The position numbers and the translations under genes are program-made. From contig CAVNZM010000017.1 in the NCBI GenBank assembly GCA_963693365.1, forward strand, positions 3,029,527 through 3,093,526: a stretch of 64,000 nt of DNA, in the 5' to 3' direction. The notes beneath the pieces are model-generated. The model was not told where the DNA came from. It did not search any database and was given only the letters and a program-made list of their open reading frames with translations. The stretch's first letter is position 1. The number at the start of each line of letters is the position of its first letter. This DNA comes from Amoebidium appalachense (Eukaryota > Protista > Ichthyosporea). This document shows, piece by piece, positions 41,043-62,271 of this stretch.

Positions 41043-42103
41043 GCTGTTGTTGGTTGTTTTTGCAGATATGGTCTAGATGCAAGCTTCGAGCTCAGCTGAC
41101 AGTGGATGTCGCAGCTGGCATACATCTTCCACTCCACCCCGTTCTGGAGATACCGCTCAACCCTGCGGGTGTGCTCGTTTGTGCTGAGTGACGAAGACAT
41201 AGAGGATGAGGAGTGCCGCCTGGTGGGCCTGGTATGTCCCCCGTATATCTCACAAAATGCACAGTCGTAGTTGATGCATGCAGTTGACATGTGCAGGATT
41301 ATATTTAGCAGGAGGAAAAAGGTGCATTATTGGGAGGAGAGTCGCCTTGTGGGCCTGATATATCCCATGTATCCGTATATCTCATGGAATGCAAAGTATT
41401 TGTTGATGCATGCAGCTGGATATGTGTGCACTTGTACTTATCAGGAGGATCATGACGCGTTATAGTGGGAGGAGTCACCTTGTGGGCCTGGTATATCTCA
41501 TGTATACCTATATCTCACAACATGCAAAGTCTTTGTTGATGCATGCAGCTGACATGTGCGTACTTGTATTTATCAAAAGGATTAATGTGCATATTTTGTG
41601 AGGAGAGTCGTTTTGTGGGCCTGGTATATCCCCCTTATATCTCACAAAGTGCACAGCACACATCTTTGTTGATGCGTGCACCTGCAAATGTGCGCACAGG
41701 TATTCAATAAGAGGATGAATCTACGTTTATTGACTACTCACTCCGGCCGATAGGTCAACAACGCAGGTGTCGGGAACGATAGGCCGTTACATGCTTGTCT
41801 ATACATACATATATCGATACAGAGGACCATGCCCTATAAATATGACCGTACACAGCCGTTGTCAAAAGAAAACACATAAGGGCTTCAAGATGGATTACAC
41901 ATGATTACACATGGGGCACACGGGGCACAAGATTGTTACATATGGCTTCAGCATATGTGAATGATGTGGTCGCACCCTCCTTTCAGTTCGTTTGTGTTAG
42001 TCTCCGGTGTGACGGTGATGGTTATAGTCAGTATAGCACCGGAAAGGGGCAGGCAAAAAATAACCTTCGTCTGTTTTTTTTTTGTTTTTTTTTGTTTTTT
42101 TTT

Positions 42104-42149
<46 letters not shown>

Positions 42150-42702
42150 AATAATGGCATTAAGAAGTGTTTAACACCTCTTAACCGACAGCTAACCGAG
42201 CTGAGAATCAAGGCCGAAATCCACGTAAGCTCCCTGAAAGGTGGTACGTGACCTGTGCACGTGTTAGGGTTTTTTCCTTTATCTCCTTTCCCCTTTTCTC
42301 GTTTCTTTTTTTTCTTTCTTTGTTTTTCCTTTTTTTTTGGTTTCCCCCTTTCGCGGAGGGGGGGGGGGGGGGGGGGGGGGGAGGGGGGGAGGGGGGGGGA
42401 GGGGGAGGGGGTTGCTGACATGAAGCAGTTAAACTCTTTGAGAGCATATGAGTCATTGTACGTGACATCAGGCTTTTGCGGTATATCACTTTTTGGGGGC
42501 TCTTGTATGTGGCTGTAGGTGGCGTGTCTCCGGTGGGAAAGGTGGTGGAGTTGGTGGTTCTCGAGGTCACGTGGGCCGTTTTTTTGTTTTTTTTTCCTTT
42601 CTTTCTTTTTTTTTTTTTTTGTTTGGGGGTGGGGTGGGTGGGGGGGAGGGGGGAGGCAATCTGGGAAAACAAGTATGTTGGAGGGGAAGAGGGTGTGTGT
42701 GT

Positions 42703-42752
<50 letters not shown>

Positions 42753-42993
42753 TACCCTCAGGCATTTGCGCACGCTGCGAGAAGACGTTCTTGTGTGTGA
42801 GTTTCTGCAATACCACGATGCACTCATCCACCCTTATTTTGTACCCATGCAGGTCACGGGCGGTCACGCAATGCTAGCAGTGCCAGCAGCCCCATGCGGT
42901 CTCCCCTGCTGACCCACCCCCCCGTGGTCTTCCCCCCAACCCTGCCCGGCAGCAACCGCGCTCGCTCAATCAACCAGCTGCTAAGAAGGTCAA

Positions 42994-43029
<36 letters not shown>

Positions 43030-43319
43030 TTCTCCCCCCCCCCCCCCCCCCCCCCCTTCCCGTGTCCCTATGATCATCAGTGCAGGTGGTTATGCAAGCC
43101 ACTTGTGGCTATATTTGGCATATGTATTGATAGATTAGATTTTTTTTTGCTCCCTATTGTGCACACCTATATTGTGGTATCTCCTCGATTTGTCCCGTTG
43201 ATTTTTTGCCTCCTGTTTATTTATATTTTTTCAACTTACACCTTTTGATTTCGTTTTTGTAAGGGTGTGTGTGTGTGTGGTGGTGCTGGTGCTGTTGCTA
43301 GTGGTAGTGGGGAGTGGAG

Positions 43320-43366
<47 letters not shown>

Positions 43367-43940
43367 TAAAATGTGTTTCAGAGGACGAAGCACGCATCCA
43401 CGGACAAGACAGGTCAGATTTTGCTAAGCACAAAGAGCATGCATGATCTCGATAAGCAAAGCCCATCCTATGGGGGAGGCCCAAGTCAACCCGTGGCCCC
43501 CCAAAGGAGGGGGAGGGGGAGAAGGGGGGGGGGGGGGGGGGGGGGGGGGGAAGGTTGTTTGATGAGGAATTAAGGAACTGACACACTACGTCTATGCACA
43601 GGGTGTCAGCCAGCAGTGCGGTGGTGCTGATCCCCATGCCCCTGCCGCTGCCCAGGTGCAAGGCCGACCACGTGAGCTACTTCAACGACATGGACATCAT
43701 GTCTGCTGGCCTGCCCCCCACCGCTATCGTACTTGCACCCCCCCCCCCTCCCCCCCTCCCCCACGCATTATATTCCTCTCTCCCGCCACCCCCATTGCAC
43801 AAACATACAGAGACCCACTCCCTATGCTTCCCCCCCCCCCTCCCCCCCTCCCATCCTCACCCCACCCCAATATCCCCCCCCTCCCCCCCCCCCCCCCCCC
43901 CGCTCCAAAAAAAAACAAAAAAAAAACACCTCCCTACCGT

Positions 43941-44006
<66 letters not shown>

Positions 44007-44208
44007 ACATAAACTCTGCACACTTCCTTTTTTCCTCCTTCCTCTTGATCCCCCCCTCACCTCGCCCACCGTTCCCCAAAATCCAGACGGTGTAAACCCA
44101 CATCCAAAATCATGGCCTATTCTTTTTCTGTTTTCGTACCCCCTTCTCCCCCTCCTCCCCCTCTCTCTCCCCTCCCCCTATCTGGGTACCGTCCCCCTGC
44201 CCCCCCCC

Positions 44209-44244
<36 letters not shown>

Positions 44245-44356
44245 ACCCACCCACCCACCCACACACACACAACTATGTTCTGCACCATCAATACTCATGG
44301 TTCTATCCCGAACACAGGTGCTGTCTGAGCAGATGGTGGTGACGACAGACTTCTAG
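27307..44356 (+). CDS. SLC12A9: SLC12 cation-chloride cotransporter, SLC12A9/yeast Vhc1-like, ~22 exons
   Basis: Approximate exons: 27307-27396, 27760-27864, 28605-28717, 29184-29291, 29910-30030, 31240-31412, 32582-32746, 33256-33351, 34162-34260, 34754-34840, 35786-35913, 36474-36684, 37579-37641, 38458-38595, 39041-39226, 39875-40021, 40560-40652, 41113-41232, 42192-42244, 42853-42988, 43602-43728, 44318-44356. Motifs: [112 protein letters not shown]-terminal VVTTDF*. Confidence 0.93.
41209..41700 (+). repeat. ~130-bp tandem repeat (4 units) starting at an SLC12 exon end and donor site
   Basis: GAGGAG(T/A)G(C/T)CGCCT(G/T)GTGGGCCTG-GTAT...TATATCTCACAA...GTTGATGCATGCAG at ~41209, 41334, 41469 and 41599. 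Confidence 0.85.
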
Positions 44357-46232
44357 GTAGGAACACCTTGTCTTAAATCAGTTCTAAACAAAGTGTCGTG
44401 AACGGGACAGACAGAATGATGCAAAAACTATATTACGAAGTCCTATTAGGAATACATACGAAAGATAATCTAGAAGGCGAAGTCAAGTACCTGGGACGAA
44501 GAAATGTTATTGTTGTATTGTCTAAATCGTGTTTTGCATACGTAGGAACTTGTGAACAGCTTGCACGTGTCAAGCAATGTGTGGTATGTATAGTGACGAG
44601 TAGCATTTAAACAAGGATTTGCGCGCACAGCCCATGCATTAGATTCGCCTTTGCAGGGATAGCAGGTGAGCTGGACTCACAGAACTGTACATATGTGGTG
44701 AGAAAACAACAGGTGTATGTACTTGGCATGCAACTTGGGCAGTGATATTGGTTTGTGCCCCAGTGATATTGGTTTGTGCAGAATAATATATATGTATGGC
44801 GCTAATAATGAACCTCGAATTACTGAAGATACACAGGCAGGCTGATTGAACTTGTGTGTGTGTGTGTGTGTGTGTGTACCTGTGTGTGTGAGTGGATGCA
44901 CCCATGCACACAGACATCTGAGAGCACGGTATTACTGTAAAATTTCCGACGGTTCGCACGTGTGTTCGGGGCTTGCACATGTGATATCCAGCATGACGCG
45001 TCATATTTGCATTACTGAGCGTATGAGTGCATGCAGGTGCATATGCATACGGACAGGCATTTTGCGCTAATACATGTGTGCACGCTATAGCTACATTGAT
45101 TCTTTAGTTTATTATCCTGAATCAGATGTGCAGGGCTGATGTGCGGTGTACATGCACAAGGAGTGGAGCTTCAAAACATCATCACTGCACACGAGCAGAG
45201 ATTTAACTTGTAATTTTTTTACTTTATTATGTTCACGCCATGTTCATTTTGATGCAACATGCATACCCAAGGGCCGTCGTGACGACACAGTGGTCGTGAC
45301 CAGAAGAATCGAAACGAAAGGTGGCAACTTGGAGCAGGTTTCACGTTCGTTTGGGCTTTTTATAGCTGACGTTTAGTGGCTCTGGAATGCTTGCTCGAGG
45401 AATGCAAAATAACCGTTTCCCGCCCACATTCTGTCCTGTGCTTGGATCCCCGAGAGCAGTTTTATAGATAACTGCATGATAAGCGGATGCTCTGGCACTT
45501 ACATGTTTCATACTTTACCAAAAATTTGAAGATGTAGGGGCGTTTCAACCGAGGTTTCTCTAAATCACTATACCACAGAACTCGTGTCATCGAGTCTTAT
45601 AATAGACATAGAATGTTTTCTGCCCTACTCGAGATCTGCGAAAACCAATCATCTCAGTTTAGTTAAAAAATGCATGACTTTTCTAGATTTACACTGCATT
45701 AAATCTATTAAAAAAAGCAGCCATTGCACCTTCACATATGCTTTAAAGTTTTAAGATTCATTCAAATTTTAGGTTGTCGGCACCTTTCTAAATAAGCTAA
45801 TTCTATTCTAAGCACTCATTGGTTGAGGAGGTTTGGCGGCAACCGATATTTATGTGCATGGTTCCGACCCAGGCATTTTACCCGCCGTAGTGCGCATGTG
45901 TACACACTCGCAGCTGTGTATTTGAGACGTCTTGAAAGCAACTGAGTCTCAAACTATGTTATTGCATGGTATCAGGCACACCGTGACACAAGTATATAAC
46001 CCCTTTTTTATTTCTTACTACGCTTATATTTTTTTAACCGCCTTTTTACCTTCTGTTGCAGTTGCGCAGCGCAATTTCTTGGAAGGCAAACGCAAGCGCC
46101 CTACCCCTTGGGAGCCATTAGGTCATCGTTTTAGCCACGATGACCAATTCCAACAGTACCTTCACGTAAGCAGTCAAGGCCTACACCAGCACATATAGCA
46201 GCATCGTTTTTACGCAAACGCGGGCAGGTTTG

Positions 46233-56372
<10,140 letters not shown>

Positions 56373-56535
56373 TTCGCTGACGGGAATACCAAATTATGAC
56401 TCGATCCCGCATGGGGCTGTGAGCATGGATGTGTGGAGGTGGGTTGGTGTGTGTATACTACCGTGTGTGTGTGTGTGTGTGTGTGTGTGGTTTGAATATA
56501 TCCCTTTGTTTTCATCTCTTTCACACACACACACA

Positions 56536-56624
<89 letters not shown>

Positions 56625-56984
56625 CGTGCGTGCGTGTGTGTGTGTGTGTACGCGCGCATGTGTGTGTGTGTGCATGTGTGTGTGTGTGGGGGGGGGGGGG
56701 GCGTGCACGCACACACACACGCACACACACACATGCATGCATGCCATTGCACACATTTTCTAGTTTATTATGCTGGGCTCTCCACCTCCCCCCCCCCCCC
56801 CCCCCAGGTCATGCACACGGCACTGTTTGTCCCTTCCTAAAACCTTTCTCCTCTATTTCCCATTTACCCTCATCACCCTTCCTGTCCTCACCCTTTTACA
56901 AGTTTCCGTAGACTTGTACTCCCACCTCCCCCATTCCCCTCCACTTCCTGCCCAATTTTTCTCCGGCACCCAGAAGGAGGCTCC

Positions 56985-57026
<42 letters not shown>

Positions 57027-57673
57027 ACCCCCACCCCACCCTGCCCCCCCCCCCCCCCCCCCCCCACCCTCAAAATCTTTTTCACTTCTCGTGACTTTTC
57101 CTCGTTTGTGTTTTTTTCTTTCCTGCCTCTGTATTGTGAAACGACACGCACCAGAGAGGGAGAGGGAGGGAGAGAGAGAGAGAGAGGAAGGGAGGGAGAG
57201 GGAGGGGGGGGGGGAGGGGGGGAGGGCGAGGGGGAGGAATAAAGAACTAAAAAAAGAAACTTTGTACACACATCCTCGATTAAGGCCTAACCATTTCCTA
57301 CCACCCGCAGTTCTGTCGAAGTCCAGTTCTGATTGGACACCTCCAAATCCGACCGTGACGTCACTCCTCCACCAGCCAACCATATGTTTTCAGTTTAGTG
57401 GTTCTTTCCATTTTTGGTAACGCCCTGCTTTCCGCGTCCTTTTTTGGAATTGCTCGAACCATTACGTATTTTCAACAGCTTGGCGGAGAACATCATTCGC
57501 ACCCGTGACTTTAATTTATGTTATGGGTTGGAGTTGGTTGGTGCGAGGGACTAATTTGCAGGTTCTGTGTGATAGGGTGTGTGTGTGCGTGTGTGGGTGT
57601 GTGTGTGTGTGTGTGTTGGTGTGTGTGTGTGTGTGTGTGCGTGTGTGTGTGTGCGTGTGTGTGTGTGTGTCCC

Positions 57674-57743
<70 letters not shown>

Positions 57744-58692
57744 ACGTGTGTGTGTGTGTGGCGGTGTATGTGGTGGTTGGTGTGTGAGTGCGTTTACAGT
57801 GGATCTTTTTTCTTTTTTTCTTTTTTATTTCTTATCTCTCTCTCTTTTTTTTTTTTTTTTTTTTTTGGTGGTGGTGGTGGTGGTGGTGGCCGCGGGGGGG
57901 GGGGGGGGGGGGGGGGGGGGGGATTAACGATTCGTGTGTGCCTTTAAAACAGGCTGATTTAATATAAAGTTATCATGTTAACTAATCTAATGTTACTTTT
58001 GTGAAGTACATAGCCTAATAGTAATATCATGATTTCATAGATTTTTTAGGTTTCAGTGTTGATTTATGCTATTAGCCACAAGCCAGATTAGTGAAATAAT
58101 ATGAAATTTTTTAGAAGTGTACAGTTCGAAGACTGAAGTATATATACATAATGTGTGTGTCATGCCATCATTATTATCATAATGTGATGCATGGATATCT
58201 TATTAGTGAACGGTGTTTAAATTCTAGTGTGACTGCCAAATTATACTATTGAATATGAACATTTTTTTTGGTTTGACAATCATATGCTGCAGTTGGCAAT
58301 GCTTTCATGCCAGCCTTTGGTAGAATAAACCGCACTGTGACAGGTGATGCTATTGGTAGTCACTGAACGGTGTCTGTCCCCATTTTAATTTCTCATATGA
58401 TGCTACAGTCACTGTGACTCCTGAATAAATAGCGTCACCTCTAGATCTGATCATAATCCGACTCCAGACGTTCCCGGATGGAGGACCAAGGCCTATTCCC
58501 AGTGAACCTTTACGCCTGCACGGTAATACTAAAACCGTATGGCATTAAGCCTATCTATAATAGCTTCTAGGGGTGACCGAATCGTAAGTATTAAGGGAAA
58601 TTTACAGAAAGAGAATCGACTATGTCTTCTCGTGGAAGGTACATATTGGTCCCCTTCGAATTCCTCGTCAGCCCCCCCCCCCCCCCCCCCAG

Positions 58693-58736
<44 letters not shown>

Positions 58737-58742
58737 TTCTCT

Positions 58743-58817
<75 letters not shown>

Positions 58818-58845
58818 CCACCTACTGAGGTGGTGTCTCCTTTCT

Positions 58846-58879
<34 letters not shown>

Positions 58880-59098
58880 AAAGCCGCCTGAGTAGATGTT
58901 AAACGTCGCACGTTCGGCAACACGTCAGTACGTGTTAGCACACACACACACAGAGAATCTCTCTCTCTCTCTCCCCCCTCCCCCCCCTCTTTCTCCCCCG
59001 CGCCCCCCCCCTCTTTCTCTTTCTCTCCTCCCCTCTCTTTCTCTCTGACCTCTTAGATCTCTCTCTCTCTTTCTTTCGCCTCTAGAGCTCTCTCTAGA

Positions 59099-59159
<61 letters not shown>

Positions 59160-59286
59160 CTGAGACTTTCTCTTTCCCCCCTCCCCCCCCCTCTCTCTCT
59201 CGCTCTCCCCCTCTCCCTCTCTCTCGCTCAATCTCTCTATCTCTCTCTCTCTCTCCCCCCCCCCCCCCCCCCCCCCCCTCCCCCCC

Positions 59287-59317
<31 letters not shown>

Positions 59318-60325
59318 CCACGTGACGTGGCCATCCCCGGCACCCACTCCCCCGGACGGCGTACCTGGCACGTGCACTGTCGAGCCTCGTCAATCTGACC
59401 GTACGTCGTCTGCTCCCTGCCTCGTGATCGGGCCTGTAGCAGCGGCAGCAGCTCGATCTCTATCATGTATTGATTGAAATACTTTTGTCAATAGGCAGCC
59501 TACATCAGTGTATGTGTTCCAGTAGTGTGTGACAGTGCGTATCAACTTATCAATCAACGTTAAATACACATGTACGACGGGATTCTGTAAGCAAGTGTCT
59601 GTGTCTTGCACATAAGACAAACCCTCGTTTGGCAACACGTGGAATAGCGTCATCACACTGGGTGCACATGGACGTGTACGAGGTGTTCATCGCCCAGGCT
59701 TCGAAATTGCTATATATGCCATGCGTAGGGTGGTAGGTGGACCACACAATGAGAGGTACGAGAACACAGCATGAGTAAATACACGCAATGCCAAAACATT
59801 AGCCAGTAATATGACTTTTTCTGCCCACAAAACATGAAATGCCACTCGCCAATCGCCATACATATCAGGCGCCTTTTAGTCTAAGATTCACAAGTCACAA
59901 GAATGGACCGTCGGGCTGTACCCTTAGGCGATCTCCACATCTGGTTAAAATGGACCCTACCTTTCACCTATTGGATTAAAACGACACATAACAATGCGGC
60001 AATGCCGATGCATGATAAATGCGTGGCTCCCAGCCAGGCTGTGAAATTATGGGGTTTTGTGACCAAAGATCTGATAGAAGCACACATGCCCCTCAGCATT
60101 GAAAAGCCTAATAAGTGTCCCTGGTTTTTTGTGGGTAGGTCCTCTATTTTTCTATCCAGTAGTACTATTAAATACATCAAAAAGTTCCCCATACAAATTG
60201 AACGATTGGTGGCTTTATCGATGCCATCAAGGCTAGGTCCGGGAATTCAAGTTGCCATAACCAAAACCATTTCGTACCCTGTTCTGGCAGTCACTGGCAG
60301 CCTCTGTGCGAACATTCCGTGGCGC

Positions 60326-60376
60326 CCTAGGACCACGGCCATCTAAGAGAGAGTCTCTAGATGGCCGTGCCCTAGG
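60326..60376. other. ~50-nt near-perfect inverted repeat (hairpin/cruciform)
   Basis: CACGGCCATCTA (60334-60345) and TAGATGGCCGTG (60358-60369) pair perfectly, with an inner GAGA/TCTC pair and outer CCTAGG palindromes. Confidence 0.85.
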
Positions 60377-61114
60377 ACTAAATAGGTTTTAGGAGGCCTT
60401 GGCAAGAGCCTTGGGAATGCGACTAGTCACTCTGCGTGTTGTCTTCCCTGTGGCTTCTTTTTCTTTCTTTTTTTCTTTTATCATTGCCGCAGGCGACGTG
60501 GCGTAGTAGTGCCCGGCCACTTCTGTACGTAAGCCAGTGGGTACATATCCTTGGAGACTAGAATGCGACCAGATAAATAGGACTCAGTACACAATAAACA
60601 GGCACGCGGCGCACGTGCACGTGTCTAGTGCCTGTGATATGCCAGTGTGATATACTCAAGTTTATCTTTAGAATAATATATCAAAGAAATGCCATGTACA
60701 TCTCCTGACTCCAGGCTGATTCTGAATCCCCGGACTCAGTACTGGCAATGGCGAACCTCCGACGGAAGTTCATCAAACACCAGCCACACCACGAGCGCTC
60801 AGTCTGATAGTGGGTTTAAACACTTTTTATTGCGTGGACACTGCCGGGATAAAGACCGGGCTGGCAGGCTGGAGTCAACTTGATTTCTTCTGCTCATGAA
60901 TGAGTGCACGACTGCATATTTGCGCTTATGAGCGATAAATAACCATGCCAGATCTCTTTTATTCCAGCAACAGATCACGTGACCGTGTGTGTAAACCCCG
61001 ATTCAGAGACGACGGCTACTTTCTCTACTTAGGCACTTTCTCTACTTAGGCATCGGCCTTTACTTAGGCATCCACCTCTACTTAGGCCCCTTGAGGGGCA
61101 GCTAGAACCCACCC

Positions 61115-62269
61115 ATGGCGTCTCAGGATGCATCCTTGTCCCCGGACCCTCCTGGGACACCGCCTGGGAGCCGCAAACGTGATACACGGGATGGAGAATC
61201 CCCAGATAAGAGGCTAACTAAACTGAGCCGAGCGGAACAGGTTCCCTTTCCCGAGGTTAAAGCGCCACCGGCCGTGCCGCCAGCAAGTAGTTTTATTTCG
61301 AAAGAACAACTGCACTTGATACCCGAGAAGGCTAGGAAAGCCGTGCTCAAACTTATGGCGCATCATGAGCAGCTCCGCACCCAAGTCTCCGACTTAACAA
61401 CCCAAGTAGCTGAGTATAAAGCCAAACAGGACCACACAGACCTCCTTGTTCAGCAAATGGAGACGCGCTTACGGCAGCTGGAAGCTGACCGGGCAACCCC
61501 CACCGGCCCTGCCCACGCGGGCCCGGCCCCTGCAGCACAGGCAACCCCCGATGGGTTACCCACCCCCGGCGGGGTCTCCCAAGTTCATACCCACAACGAA
61601 TCCTAAGGTGTACCGCACTACGGTGGACGCCAAGACCGTGTACGTGTCCGAGAAAGTCAAAACGTATGCCGAGTCGGTGGCCCAGACCCACGGGGCTACC
61701 CAGGCTTTGGCAGCTTTGAAAGGCTTGCCGCAGCGTCAGCACTGCACCCAACCCGCCGCCCTCGGGTGGCGTCTGACCCTGCCCCTCAGGGTACCGACGA
61801 GTCCGAGTTGACCACTGCAGCCTTCACCTTGGTGCCGGCCAACATCAGCACCATGCGTGACCGTCTTTACACCCTCGGTGTCCTCAACCGAATGATTCCC
61901 GACATGCTCTTCATTGGCCGTCGCTACACAGTGTTCATTGTGCGTGCCGGCTACCGTGATACCCTCATAAACATCATCCAACGTGCTACCGACGCCACCT
62001 TTCTCGCAGACTTCGATCCTACGGCTCCCTACAACACCACACTTAACCGTGTTGATGCAGAGGCCGCTGCCCGGGCCTCTTGGCAACGCCGGGTGCTTGC
62101 AAGAATGGCCAACGCCCATGCATGGGCTGTCAAGGCAGCCACACTTTACCCGGCACACGACAGCCGGGCCAAAACAGCAGCTGAGGTGCGTGCCTACTGG
62201 GAGGCTCAGCACGTGCAGGTCTTCAGCAAGCCCTACGACCCCACCGCCGCACCAGCCAACTCCCAGTAA
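61115..62269 (+). CDS. LINE ORF1 protein (coiled-coil; interrupted as assembled)
   Basis: Heptad-like segment HEQLRTQVSDLTTQVAEYKAKQDHTDLLVQQMETRLRQLE. Split over ORFs 61115-61606, 61446-61811 and 61766-62269, and lies directly upstream of ORF2. Confidence 0.65.
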
Positions 62270-62271
62270 GC

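Noticed and set aside
42853-42988. Apparent premature stop or frameshift in an SLC12 exon (TGA at ~42910)
   Set aside because: It disappears when the exon is read in phase 1 ([10 protein letters not shown]...[10 protein letters not shown]), using the upstream phase-1 donor near 42244.
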